Shown: positions 15,263 to 29,509, counted from the first letter of the stretch. The stretch: DNA of 64,000 nt from Spironucleus salmonicida (GCF_000497125.1 NC_090596.1:1612001-1676000); one strand, 5' to 3'. The notes: generated from the sequence alone by a model not told the origin. Numbers and translations are program-made.

Positions 15263-15601
15263 TCACTATTAAATATGTTTTTAATATATCTATATCTAAG
15301 ACTCTAGATATGAAATCTAATCTTATAGATAACATAGATTTTCAGTTTAATTGATTGGTTAAATAGTATTTAGGGCCATACTATTCATTGTGCATAATAT
15401 ACATTTCGCCTCGCTTAATACATACTCTTGTTATTATGAAATAATCTGATATTATTGAATTATATTTTTCAATTACTTATTTTAATTAGATATTTTACTA
15501 AATTAATCAATTAATAAACACTTTTACTAATATTTACGCGTCTAATTTAATTAATAGAGATAATTGCGAAACTTTAATAAAAGAACCTAAAATATATTCA
15601 T
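15263..15601 (-). CDS. Small Gln-rich hypothetical protein (112 aa)
   Basis: MNIFQVLLLK...QIYQKHIQQ*. Ends TAG-TGA (AGTGA context). Confidence 0.6.
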
Positions 15602-15646
15602 TTTGAGTATTTATATTTTAATGTATATTAAATTATTGATATAAGA

Positions 15647-16285
15647 ATGAGCGATAAAAATAAAAATTTATAGTAAATTTTAAAACCAACTGGAATTTTT
15701 ACACTAGCTCCATCTAACGAAATATCCGTATAAAATTATCAAGATTTGTTTATTACATCTCGAGTAAATTACAAATTATCAGATGAAGAATAAAAGAAAA
15801 AAAAATAAAATATTTAATCTGCAAATAAAAATATGTATATTTAAAATGAAGGGTAATTTATTAATAATTAAATATAAAGAGAAAAACTTTATTAAATGAC
15901 AACGTTTATGTCTTCAGACTAGCAGATAAATAATACAAATACTTTGTATATTAGTTAATTAATTGCAAAAAATGATAAAAAATAAACTAGGGCTACTCTA
16001 TTTCAATCTAATATATAGCATGAGTAAACGTAGAAATCATAGTAGCATAAATAACAGACTTAGAAATTAAAGCCTTTACACTTAGAGCTTTCTTAAACGT
16101 AAAGAATTAACACTATATTAACTATAGGATAAGTTTCATATGAAGAGGAAGTAGTTGCAACTCCAAAATATAAAAAATCTTAAAAAAGCAGAATGTAGAA
16201 ACTGTAATAGTTTTAGCAAAATATGAATTAAATTTTGGATGATTTAGACGATAGAATAGTCTAGTTAACAATTGAAATATAGTGA
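15647..16285 (+). CDS. Hypothetical Q/K/N-rich protein (212 aa)
   Basis: MSDKNKNLQQILKPTG...; ends TAG-TGA. Confidence 0.7.
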
Positions 16286-16288
16286 TGA

Positions 16289-16492
16289 ACAAATACTTTA
16301 AATCATTACAACATTATCTCCTCTTTAGAAAAAGTTTGATATTTTTTTATTATCTACTTAACATTCCAAGAACACAAGGTTAAAATGTTTATCAAATGCC
16401 TTTATTATACCTTTAATCTAAGAGTTATTTCTTAAATATACACAAATTTCTGTTTATTTAGATAAAGATTATTCTAAAATAGTGAACGGCAT
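16289..16492 (-). CDS. Sm protein, SmD2-like; 3' end anomalous (first genomic in-frame TGA only at 16136-16138)
   Basis: MPFTILEQSLSKQTEICVYLRNNSQIKGIIKAFDKHFNLVF...ISNFFQRGDNVVMI matches the Sm1/Sm2 motifs of SmD2 (RNN, KAFDxH, RGD). Confidence 0.8.
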
Positions 16493-16524
16493 TTATGCTT
16501 AGATATCAATAACGTATAATAATA

Positions 16525-17241
16525 TCACTTTGTATCAATATTTTTTGTATAAAAAAATTAACTTCCTAATAGGCAAATTACTATCTTACTAAGTTCTTAA
16601 TGTTTAGATATTTAATTAGCACTTAAAATTATTGATTGGCCAGTTTTCAACTATAAATGAAACTCTAATATACATTGTTATTTTGGATAAACGGCAATTA
16701 TATTCTAGCAAATAAAGTCATAATTAAGTTGCTCGTTTATTATTGATAACTTTGACCTTATACCATCAACGGTTTAATTCATTTCATTTGGAATTTAGGA
16801 TGTGTCGATTTCATTATCTTAATTGAAAAAAATATTACTAGATTATCCAATTTTCTCAGAAATTGATAAAAAACCATCATCAAATTTAATTATTCCTTCA
16901 AAAAGTGTTATATATTCCTGTTATTGAGATTGAGGTAGCTCTAGCAATGCTTACTACGTTTATTTTATGATTGATTCATCGAAGTCTTTCACCTAACTTT
17001 AAATCTAACTAAATTCTTTATATAATACCTTATTTTTAGTTAAAATCTTAAATATTAATTTACAGTTTTAACTAAAAACACTAAGTATAAATAAATGATT
17101 TTAATACTCGTTCGATTATTATATTTGACTAATTTATTCTTCAGAGAAGTCTGTATCTTTATACAAATTTTTCAGTAAAATAACTAACTTTTTAAGAGGT
17201 AGGTCTCTGTGTCTAGCAATGTCTAAATAAAATGTTTGCAT
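16525..17241 (-). CDS. Hypothetical protein (238 aa)
   Basis: MQTFYLDIARHRDLP...KNIDTK*; ends AAG-TGA. Confidence 0.7.
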
Positions 17242-17318
17242 TTTTACAAAAAGCAATTAAAGAATATAAAGTTATATAATAATACAATGTTTAACTTTAG
17301 ATATATTATAAACTTAAG

Positions 17319-19955
17319 TCACTTTAGTAACAGATTTTAGTCCTAAATATACTGAATATACTCTTGAATAATATTGTCTACTTCTTTTACATCCTCTTCA
17401 ATTCTATCTGGCAACTCATCAAACGTATTACTCTAAGCGGTATTATTTTAATTTTAACTTAATGCGTCATATTGCGTTTTAATAATTTCCCAATTTACAA
17501 CTTTGTACTACGATTCGATTCCAAATATCGAAACTGGATAAACTGATAACATTTTAGGCAAAATAGGTGAAAATTAATCTAAAGTTTATTACCCAATTGA
17601 ATTATATCCTACCAAGACAGCTCCCATCTATGAGCAACTAACACAAGATGGTACACAACCACCTGATTCACTTCCAAACGCACTATATTTTTATAAAATT
17701 CGTCCAACACTTCCAACAGCATATAAATCGCCGCCATAAGAGGAGAAATATCCTATTTAGCCAATTTTTGCCATCTTACAACCACCAGGTAACAAACTTT
17801 TATGTACTGGCAAATCATAATCTTGCATCAGCATCCCTCGGTCATCGTAAAGCTAAACTTATCCAAAGCCTGACTGGACCAACAAATTTAATGTGTTTTT
17901 TCGTGTTCTGAGTACAATAAAACTACGCAAAGCTGGTAAAAGCTGAACAATACGTTTTTCTTCCACTTAATTATTATAGTCTAGTACCGTAAACTTTACA
18001 ACACCCTAATTATCTGCACTAATGATCATCCATTTTTTACCAATTTCTTCAACTTATAAGCAGTTAACATAATGTGCATGTTAGTTAACAATTTATGAAG
18101 AAATTTTTGAATTTTCGTACCGTAAAAGTGTTAGATTGCAGTTCAATCCTGCAATTAAAAGTCTAAAATTGGTCATAGGAAATTTAAAATCTAATTCACT
18201 AGTATGAATGAGTGATGTAAAAACATGACTTAAAGGAAGTTTCAGGAATTCTAAATCGTATACACAGAGACCTTCTGTATGAAAATAAACTTAAAGCTAA
18301 TTGGTTATATCAATTTAATCCTATAAATCTTATAATTGAAGTATTTAATTTAAATCTGACCCTACGCTTTTAATCTACTTAGTGAGTATCTATAAACCAA
18401 TTAAATCTCTACTAATACTACCATAACAATAGCTGAAATTTAGAGAAATCTTATCCTTTAAAAATGTTTCAATAAGCCCTTATAATGGAGATTTTATATT
18501 TAATTTTAACTACTTTTTAACATCTTCCACAGCTTATGAAGCGTCTCCAAATTGCTTCCAAAAGTGGAACCCATAAAAAACGAACATTGATACGTCAAAA
18601 ATTATAACTGTTCCATCAGCTGAACATGATGCTAGATAGTTCCCACAGTCGCTAAAAGCCATCTTATACACGTACCCAAAATGTGTTCCAAGGGAAACAA
18701 TCAATTAACTATTCGTTATATTAAATAAAACTATATTATACAGTCCTGAATCGACCAAAACAGCGGCTGCAGCGAGAGCAACATTTCCACACTTCGCATT
18801 TGCTAGTGCAGAAACTGAATTTGACGTAAAAAATGTACACTAAGCTTTATTTTATATTTGCTATACTTGCTATTTAATTTGTTACTCAAAAGAAACAGAT
18901 TAATTGATAAACCCAGCAGAAGAATTAAAAAGATCGTCCATAGTCTAAATAGCTAAAGGATCAATAGTATTAATTATTGAATACTAATTAGATGCTACAG
19001 ATTATTCTACCTCTTAATTTAGTTCTTCAATAAATTTCTGACTAGCTAATTCTTTTGAGAACGGGCATAATTAAATACCAATAGAATCTTTAACAAGAAA
19101 TTCGTCAGCTGGCTTAAAACCTGTTTTAATAGTAATAACCCCGATTTATTTGCGATATGTATTGTTGTTAAAAACTAGTTATAATTCCTCTATTTGACGT
19201 ATTTAGTCAAATTTAATATTCTTTGGGTCTTCAATTAAATAACTTTTTATTTCTCTAATATTATATTTATATAGATTAAATTCTATTTTTTGATCCAAAA
19301 CTAAATTGGAAATTTTACAGATCATATAACTGATAATAGGTGGATTTGGATAGTTCCAACTTGGAATTTAAAATATTTCGAGAAGTATGAAATAATTTTA
19401 TAAATTTTCTTTTTTATCAAAAATCATTAATCTTTCATTTCCAAAGTCACAGTAACTACTATTTCCTATTGGAAAATTGGATGATTCAGCTAATAAACCA
19501 TTGGAATCTTTGAAATTACTCATTGCTGCGAACATTTGAGGCTAAGAAGCAATTGGTTAGATTTAAGCTGATATCTCAGAGGTGAGACTTTAAAGATTGG
19601 TTGTATTTTCATATTAAAGCGTCGATGGGAAAGTTTTATAAAATTTTGGAGCCAATTAAATGTTTTTGTCGATAATTTTCATTTTCACTAAAATTTAATT
19701 AAGAGAACTGTGGTTTAAAAGATTGTTAGGAATGTATAAGTTCTATAAATCTAAATAAAAGATGTCATACTCTGATGGAAGTTAAAGGATTGGAGATGGA
19801 GGGCTTTAAATTATATTAACAACTTGAGATTATTTTGGAATTTATGGAGATATTGCTTCTTTAGGAGTATTATCTATAGGATTCGTATAATTTTATTGAT
19901 CTTAAACTAGTTATACAACGTTAGTTTTAGTTGGAGCTTTGAGTTTTTTACTCAT
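17319..19955 (-). CDS. WD40-repeat protein (878 aa), possibly Jouberin/AHI1-like
   Basis: ALAAAAVLVDSGLYNIVLFNITNSQLIVSLGTHFGYVYKMAFSDCGNYLASCSADGTVIIFD plus further blades. Low-complexity P/Q/S N-terminus. Confidence 0.8.
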
Positions 19956-20027
19956 TAAATATATTAATGATTTGTAATTTAATTATTAATTATATAATAA
20001 TTTATATCACACTTCACTTTTCCTTTT

Positions 20028-20861
20028 ATGTTTGATGAGCTTTAGTCTTATTTCAATGATTTTATTTAAGGGCCTATTCAATTAGAATAACAGTAGATTT
20101 TTAACATACCAGATGTTGATTCTTTGTATAATTAAATATTAAATCAAATTGAAGCTTTTGATGAGGAGTTTTTGAAAATCTAAGATACTAGTGTAAATGA
20201 GCCCGCCGAAGAATAATTTGTGAATGAAGAATAATAAAATGAATAATCAGTAGAAATAGGTGAAGAAGAATTTGGAGCTGAAGAAGAGAATCTAGAATCT
20301 AACTTTAACGCCTTTGATCCCAATAATAACTAAAATGAGGCAGCTTTGGCGTTAGAAATGGGAGAATCGGAATCAGAATCAGAAGTATAACTTACTCCGT
20401 ACTAAGAATCAAGATAGAAATTGATTAAACTAATTTCGTAAACTGAGGAAGCGTTGGTAGCCCCAAAAGATTGGAAATTTTCAGGTGAAGTTACATCTGC
20501 ACAGAGGCCGGAAGATGCATTATTGCATGATATGCCAGAATTTGATGTTAAAAGGAAGCTTCCATTAGAAATTGATGCTTAAATTAATGCATAAATTGAA
20601 GAATTAATTAAACTCAGAATTTTAGATAAAAAGTTTGACAATCCTGTTTATATATAAAATATTATGGAAAAAGAAAAAGAGAAGGTTTCATTTAGTAAAT
20701 CAGCAAAAGCACTTGGCGATGTTATTGACATAGAAGTATAAGGTTAAAGAGTTGAGTTAACAGCTGCAATTAAAGAATTAAGAAACGAGGTTAAATAAGC
20801 AGTTTAAGAGCTTGAAGCTGAGCTTCGCAGTTATTTTGTGTAATACATGATCGTGAAGTGA
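20028..20861 (+). CDS. MPP10: U3 snoRNP protein MPP10, reduced (277 aa)
   Basis: Acidic region followed by LVAPKDWKFSGEVTSAQRPEDALL...IEELIKLRILDKKFDNP...SKSAKALGDV. Confidence 0.88.
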
Positions 20862-20862
20862 T

Positions 20863-21342
20863 TCATTCCATCAAATGGCTTAATTATTGTCGTAACTAAT
20901 TATTCTCAATGATGAGTAATTCTATATAGTTTTTAAGAGAATTAATCTAATTTTTATTAGTGGACTTTTTTAATTTAAGTTATTATATTTCCTATTTAAT
21001 CGTTTAATTAATAAAATTTCTTTTAAACTCATTTAGCTTAAGTTTATCTTCAACGAAAATAGAATCAAACTATATGGATGTAGTGGAATCATTGATTTTA
21101 AGATCTAATTTTTTCATGTATGTTGTAGGTTCAAATCTCTATAATTTATTTACTGAATGGTTCAGATATTCTTGAAGAAACCCTTTATTTAGTAAAAACT
21201 GATTTTATAAATTACTAATTTATCCGATTGATAACTTTAACGAAACTGTCTATAACTTTTAATCTAATTCAATTATTTTGTTCATTAAACACATTTCATG
21301 TGCTTGAGCCATTTGCAATAGTTATAACTCTATTTACTTCAT
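20863..21342 (-). CDS. Hypothetical coiled-coil protein (159 aa)
   Basis: MKQIELQLLQMAQAHE...NNQLRQQLSHLME*. Confidence 0.65.
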
Positions 21343-21382
21343 TTTTGAAATTCAATATGTAATAAATAAGATATAATATAAA

Positions 21383-23461
21383 TCAAATTATCAGCTTAGA
21401 TGATATGTTAATTAACATTTCATGAACAAGCATATCTTATTAGACTATGCACTTTCTTGCAACTAATTCTTAAATTATTGTTTCTTTATTTCCACGCCCT
21501 TACTATAATCCTTGTATGAAACTTTATATATGCTATTATGTAATTTTACAGCCACTCAAATCTAACTTTTCAAATTTTTCAAATTTTTTAATGCATCTAC
21601 CTATATATATTCCTAATTACAGCCAAGCAGATCTTGAAGATATTTACGCATCTTACAAACTTAATTACTGTAAGTATATATTAGTAGAATCTAGTAAATA
21701 CAACAAACACAACACTCCAGTTTACTTAATTTAAAGCTAGTTAATATGCAATGCTTTCAAATTTTTAATCTTATGAAGTTAATCAGCTAATACTATTACG
21801 CCTTTATTTAGTGTCAAATTATCACTAATTTCTACTACTAATAGCTACTACTAAATAACTTGAATTGCAAATAATTTTGAAATTTCTCCTATCCATTACA
21901 AAGAAGAAAACTCATTCTATACTAAACTAAATCTAGACACCATTAAATTTTTCTTTATTGTGGTTATCATCGGAACAAATGGATCATATGGAGTTCCTTA
22001 TCCTCCTCTAAAATATCGTAAAACTCCATGTTCTTAATTACAATTTTATGAATATTTCCATGTTTTAATCCTAATTTAATTATTTGTCTATACTGTATTA
22101 ATACAAAATATGCCTGATTCGGGATCAAATTCAAAAGTATGGATGAGCGATAAAATCAAGGCTCTAAGCGATAAATTCGTTAATTTTTCTTTAATAAATT
22201 CAAAATCATGAAATGTTTAACCATTATTAGAGTCTAATATATCATCTATTTTCTTTATTAGGGAAATTGAAGGACTAACACAACATTTAATACAATTATT
22301 GAAATATATTTGTTTAAATAATTCTAAAGTCGAACTGGACATAATTCTATAGTTTCTTACTGGCTAAAATGCTGTATTTAGTAAAGCACTTTACTAACAA
22401 TAATTAATATATTAAAATATGGCAGATGCAATATTGACATTTTTAAATCTTATTTACAAAGTTTCTCTAACATTCAAAATATCATTAGTAGCTAAAATTT
22501 CAGACTCAGTATCAGGTTAAACTAATACAGGATCATCAATATATTTGTGGCTTTGATCAATTTTAAATTGAACTATTTTTTCAAAACTTTTATTAGATTT
22601 TCCTTCCTCTAATAGCTTAGATACAATTGGTAAATCTATTTTCTTTGTAGTATTAACAACAAAATCACGTATTTTAGCTGATAAAGGTTATTCTTAGATA
22701 AATTATGTAGTAGTATCATTAACGATTAAAGGCTTTAATTACTATATTACCGATCTTAATTATTTTTTAATTATAATATTAATTTCATTATCACCAAAAT
22801 AATTTGCAGTAAAATATTCAAAAGGGAAAAATAGATATGCATTACCCAATTCTTAATCTATTAAAGTTATTCCATCATACGATAACCCTAAAAATGATGT
22901 CCAATTTTAAGTAATATCCAAAACGGGATAAAAAACTAGATTTATATAAGGAGATTTGACGATAAGTTATATAAACTTTAAATGCAAATCATGCAATTAG
23001 TTAGATTCTACATAGGTTTCTACTCTTACTCTATTTAATAAATATACATGTGTAGCTCTTTATTTTTCTGGGACTAACATGCTAACATCATCAACGATAC
23101 TTGCATCTAATACTTAAATTTATTTCAAAATTGTAAGAATCTGTATATTTAGCACGTCGGAACATATCCATTTTGAAGTTTAATACATTTTAAATGCATA
23201 AGTAAAACATTATAGTAATATAAACGAATCTTTAATCTTTAAACTATCAATTAAATTGAGGCGTACAGGTTTAATTGTTAAATGATTATCTTAAATAATT
23301 TCTGCATCCAATGTAATCAAAATTCCATTTTAAAATAGTTAAAAAATAAATAAATCTTACAAATTGTATTATATATTTATTAACTTAAGTATTTTGCAAC
23401 TTTACATTGGAAGTTAAGCATTAATTTCTGTAATTGTCGCATCTGGCCAAATCAATTTCAT
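21383..23461 (-). CDS. Hypothetical protein (692 aa) with LRR-like C-terminus
   Basis: Long code-6 ORF. C-terminal YLQQLSLQDAQIS...FEKLDLSGCKIT. Confidence 0.7.
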
Positions 23462-23559
23462 ATTTACTAATAATTATAATAATATAATATTTAATAGTAT
23501 AAACTTATTTAATATATTACTACTTATGATATAATAAATATAATAATTATATCCTTGAA

Positions 23560-24867
23560 ATGAAAGAATAATTAATTAATATTATAATTAGTACACTTCA
23601 TTTTGACTGTATCTCATCTATGCTTAAATCAAGAAAATAAGAACTTGTAAGTTTTTGCTGCTAATAAATATCAAAATAGATTTTTCTTAATTCAAAAATT
23701 TTAGCATACCAAAATAATAAGATTTACGCAATTAAGTATGCGGATGCTACTTTAGGTCTACTATCATCTCTTAACTTTAAGCAAAATTCTAATATATAGT
23801 TACTTAATTTATTTAAAGCTAATTTAAATAATTTTTCAGCGCAACTATTACCATTCATGTTTCTTCCTAGTTTTTAATTGCCTCTTCCTTCTCCATTGAC
23901 TGAGCATAAAGAGAAATTGGAATTTATTGAAGATGCTAAGCTCTATGTAAAAATTCAGAAATTACTTTTTAAAGATAAATTATACTAACATTTTTCTATG
24001 TAAAAGTTGTGGATTTTAATCGGAGTTACTTAAAAATATGAAGACTTTATTATTGACGAAAAATTTATACTATTGTTATTTAAAGTCTAATATTAAGAGC
24101 ATGATAGAATTACTTCAAAATTATCAAAACTCTAATATCTTTAAAATGAATTTTTATATTAAAATCCATAAAGTAATTAATGTAAAAAGCTTCCTGATAA
24201 TATTAACCCAGAATTAATCTCCTTAGTTGAAGATTTATATAGATCTGATGAGTTAAAATTGTTTGACTCATTTTCAGGTCCTCTTTATTCAAGTTAGAAG
24301 CCAAAAGAAAACCTAACATTGTTTTAAACTTTAGGTTCTGGATTTCTTTAGTAATGTGCTATATCAGATTGTATTTATGAAGCTTCCTTATTATAATAAA
24401 TATTTATTAAAATTTTACAATTTTTGAGAGCTATACCAGGGGAAAAAATAAATTTTATCGCGTTGATTACTAAAAGAATAGTATTTTAAACATTGGTTGG
24501 CTAAATTTTTTCAACCAAGCTAAAGATTCAATCAATTTTTACAATTCCATTTCTTGTATTATCAGATGTTAGAATTTACTCTGGTTTCGAGGTTTATAAT
24601 ACATTTTTAAATCTTAGCTAATCATATCCATAAATTAATAAGATTGTTGAAAATTTGTAGGTTTTTCCAAATAGTTTTGACATATTAATGAAAAATTATA
24701 CAGATTAAGAGATATTAGATATAGGATAACATAATATACTCCAATTATGCTAATACAATATTCCATTATAGAATTTCAAGTAAAAAAGGAACCTATAAGA
24801 CGAATGTATGTAAATTTTTGATTAATAGCAATTTTAATTTTACCTTGATTAGATAAAAACATAATGA
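23560..24867 (+). CDS. Hypothetical protein (~435 aa)
   Basis: ATG 23560 (alternative 23620) is in frame with TAA-TGA at 24867. Confidence 0.7.
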
Positions 24868-24912
24868 CATAAATTTATTATATAAAATATAATATATATT
24901 ATTTTGAATTAA

Positions 24913-26178
24913 ATGTATATTATATTTACTCTTTTAGTTTCCTGTCCAGAGATCTCGTTAACTTATAATGTTGAGTATAACATAATATAAACAAAATTGA
25001 AATGTGATGTTACTACTGGAATTGATATACTAATATAAAATTCATAGTTTAAATATGAAGCTCATAATACTGATATTGCAATTCCACTGATGTATCCTAC
25101 TACTTAATTTAAACCATCACAATACTTGACTCTAGTATAAGTTAATGGCTTTGCTTAATCTGCAAATTTTACTATTTTAAGCGATTAAACATAAATTTGT
25201 TTTAATTCTCGTATTCTCTATTCAAGGAAAAATAATTATATGGTTATTTTTATTATGGATACTTGTTAATTAACAGACTAAATCATTGATGTATAATTAG
25301 AAAGAAGTGGGATCATATTGGATTTCACCAAGCACAATGATTCCGTCTATCAGATCTCAGATTTAAATTCTTTAGAGATATTATTAGATGAGGTCAAATT
25401 TGATTAAACTACTGAACTAAATATTAAATTTTACCTTTCAAAGTATTATTCGATCTAAACAACTTAAATATTTATTGAAGAAAATTTGAAACTCTCATAG
25501 ATTTTAGATGATACATATTAAATAAACTATTTTACTCATGATATAATAACATTTACAGAAGATACAATTATAATTAAGGCTGCTATAAATAGTAATTTTA
25601 ATGTCATACCAGTTAAATATACATTAACATTGATAAATAAAAACTTTCAATTTATATACACATAGGTAGATAATATTATTAAAAATCAATATTTATTTAA
25701 GTGTGAAAACTGTTTATCAAAAGTATTTTTCGGTAGTAAAACTCTTATTGTAGACTCTGCGTTGCTAATCATATAAGAAGGGGATAATTTAATTTATTAT
25801 TAGCTATAATAGCTTTTATATGGAATTAAATCAATTAATGCCACGATATATAAATCTACTTTTACAGTGTATATTTCAACGTAGAACAATATAATAAATT
25901 GTTTAGATCTGGATGACAGTAAATTGTATATTGGAAGTAAAAGTTATGTTATTGATGCGTAAAACTATTCGAACGAAACATTCAAGGTTAGTTTCATCTT
26001 AAGCATAGATATGCTGAAGTAAATTAAAAATAACAAATATAAAGATTTATTTTTTAGTTTTATGTAGATTTTATTTCCAATTGTTAAAATTGAAATAGTA
26101 TCCATATCTAGAGTATATTGTTATATTCCTATAGTTATTTTATCTTTAGTAACAGCAATACTAATTATCTTTAAATGA
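24913..26178 (+). CDS. Probable type I membrane protein (421 aa)
   Basis: Short hydrophobic leader MYIIFTLLVSC and C-terminal TM VYCYIPIVILSLVTAILIIFK*. Confidence 0.7.
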
Positions 26179-26218
26179 GTGATATATATTTTAATATATT
26201 AACGTATACTATATAAAA

Positions 26219-29200
26219 ATGCAAATAATAAAGCTTAATACTAAATCTTACTAAAATGGGAGAATAAAATACTACAGTAACTAATTAGAGTATTTTAACA
26301 CTATTTTAATTAGTTCTAATAATAATAAAGATAAAATATATGAAAAGCATTTGTTATTATAAATTGCAAATTATATTTCACTTTAACCAAGTAATTTCAT
26401 TGCAGTTAGTAAGTATTTTGAGTCATTAATTCATTACAATTCTAATGATGGATTATTATTGGTATAGTAATGTATTATCGACAATATTAGAGATTATTCA
26501 CAGCTTCATATTTAGTAGATTCTTAACTATTGTTATTAAGTTTCTGATGATAAATTTAATATTCGGCTACTGTTTTCTATAGTATAAACTTAGCAATCAT
26601 TTAACTTCATACTATATGAAACTAATCTTATTAAATAGAATTATTTACAGTATACAACTACACAGTAAACTATAAGTCATCTTGCTAATATTTTTGCCGA
26701 AAAATGTAAAAATATTATACAATATTAAGATTTACTAATTTTACTTAAGAAAACGAATATGATGGTTTAACATTTTTCTTTATTGCTCTTATGTGAGTCA
26801 TTACAATTTGAATCAATCGAATTTATAATAACTGATGTGTTCTAAAAATAATATTTACAAATTTCTAATCCGTTTAATGACGATATCACAGAAGAAATTA
26901 TTTTTCATAATTTCAACCTCATAGACTGTAAACTATTAACAATTTCACTATTATATGGTGTTTATAAATTTAATATAAATAAATAAAATAAAGCTTAAAA
27001 TATCTATTAAGCGTTATTATTAATTTATTAATTTAGTACAGTAGCCCGATACGATTAGTGCTATATTATTATTGAGCTAATATATTTACTTACTGAAACA
27101 CATAAAAATCTTAGTATATAACCTTAAATAATTAATTCAATAGTTTTAATTTCTTAGAAAATAAATTTATAGTCAAATTAAAAAATTAAGTAGATATTAT
27201 AGTAAGCGAATGAAATATTTACCGACACAATATTTAAAAGTAGTGTAATTTATGTATAAGACTATGTTTAATTGTTAATAAAATATGACATAATAGATTA
27301 TAAGTAATAATATTTTTATTTTATTGCTAGTCAACAATATTTAACTCTTGAATATTCTCCTTAATTGTTTAATGAGCTCATAGGATCTTTAACCTTACCT
27401 CATTCATGTTAGTTAATCAGGACAATAATGTTGAATACTTTTGATTAGTAACTTACTGAAAGATCAATATAATAACTTATCCAATAAATTGATAATTTAT
27501 ATTGTACTTAGAAATAATTAAGAATACTCTTATCTTGTAATGATATGAGATAAGATATGTAAATTAATAATTACAACTACACTTATTAACATAATGATAT
27601 TAAAAATCTTGTTTAAGACTTATTGGTATTAGGTTTTTAAAAAGCAGCGTAGTTATTAATTGTTACTCTTTATAAGTATTATTCCTTGTTAGATTTTATT
27701 TATTATCCATTAATTGACCTTAATTGTATACAAGTATCTAGTATTTAGATTTAATATATGCTTTGTTTGATCTAGTATAATTGGGTTGAAGTTCTTTAAA
27801 TAAATATTTTTTAATTTAAAGATCTATTAACTAAAATAAAATCAATTGAGAATATTCTTGATCCATTGTTAATTGATAAGTGTTTACTAGTTATTTAAAG
27901 TGATAACTTTTCAGTAATAACTTACGAATAAAAGAAGGATATAAAATTATGCTTTTCTATAATTATGCATAATTTAGTATAAATATTGTGCCTTAATGAA
28001 TCTAAATCGTTTTAGACAAAATACATTGACCAATAGTAGACTAAAGGGTAAATTTATCTTTTATTAGATAGTTTTTCTAAATATTAACATATTTAAACTA
28101 AATAAATACTCGATAATATTTGTTTCTTTTGTCTAAGTTCAGAGTGTTATTAACTGAGCTTTTAAAACTATATGGTTATTAATAAGCGATAATATTATTA
28201 CAAAAAAGTACTAACAATTCCATAAATTATATTACTAATATAAACTCAGGAAAGTAACTTTGTTGAATTAGCTATAAGCTATTATTATAATAAACCAGAA
28301 TTAATTTATCCATATTTAACTATAATTTTGTTACAGTTCACTAAAAATATATAATTTCAGTAATTATTTAGGCAACTTTCTGCATGTCAAACAAATTTCA
28401 CAAAGATACTACAACCATACATCAAAACAGTTTAAGAAATTGTTGATAGTGTTGCTTTTAAATAAAATATAGCTCCTTTTACTTTACCATAAGATAACTC
28501 TGTATATGAAAATTTAATCAAGTTATCGGAAGATTTGGTGAAAATTCCAGATAATGAACGGAACAATTACGCTAGTAATTATATTAAAACCATCAAAATA
28601 AATTAAGAATTTCTCATTTCTGATCCATCAATCAAACTTCTATCAATAGATTCTGTAAAATGCTTAAAATCGCATGCAAAAGTTCCATTACTTTTTTCAG
28701 TCACTACATCAGCTGGTAAAATATAATTTATCATTAAAGCAAACGATTCAGTCTTACAAGACCACATTATTATGTTAATATTAGCATAAATGCAAAAATA
28801 ATTAATTAACCAGGATATTTATGGAACCATCTACGGGATTATCCCCTTAGGCCGTAATTCAGGTTTTATCGAAGTTGTTAGGAATTCTAACTCTTTAGAT
28901 GAAATTGGGAACCGTTCAGAAAATTTTTTAATTGATTATTTTAAGAAAGAGATGACACAGGAGGACTAAAAAAATTTTGTTCACTCTTTTGCTTTTTCTG
29001 CTATTTCATAGTATGTTTTGTAGTTCAAAGACCGTCATAATGGTAATATTATGATAAAATAAAATGGGATAATTTTGGATATTGACTTCGGATTTTTACT
29101 TGAAATTGCACCAGGAGGAGTTTTTTCAATAGAAAAAGCACCATTTAAGTATACAAGTGGATTTAGTAAGGTAATAACGGATGAAGATGAATTCAGAAAA

Positions 29201-29455
29201 TTGTTTATAATTGGAATGTTCTATTTTAGGTATTTTATTGGAGATGTTGTTGTTACTCTTAAAGAAGTTTGCGGTATCATACCATGTTTGAAGAACGTTG
29301 ATTCACTGAGAAAATTACAAGATCGCTTGTATATAGATTTAAATATTTAAGAATTTATCAAAAAATGTGAATAACTGATTGATGAGAGTAAGGAAAACAT
29401 AGCTAGTGTGCTATATGATAAATTTTAGGCTAGATAGAACGAAATCAATTACTGA
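26219..29455 (+). CDS. Phosphatidylinositol 4-kinase, type III alpha/STT4-like (1078 aa)
   Basis: LKSHAKVP, IIKANDSVLQD, SGFIEVV, QFKDRHNGNIM, IDFGFLLEIAPGG, and C-terminus YDKFQARQNEINY*. Confidence 0.92.
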
Positions 29456-29509
29456 AATTTAATTATTAATTATTATATAGTATATAATGTATTTTTATTA
29501 ATTAGTAAT

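Noticed and set aside
11327-20861. RRP9-like, SmD2-like and MPP10 as an RNA-processing cluster
   Set aside because: They are separated by unrelated genes, which is compatible with chance in a compact genome.
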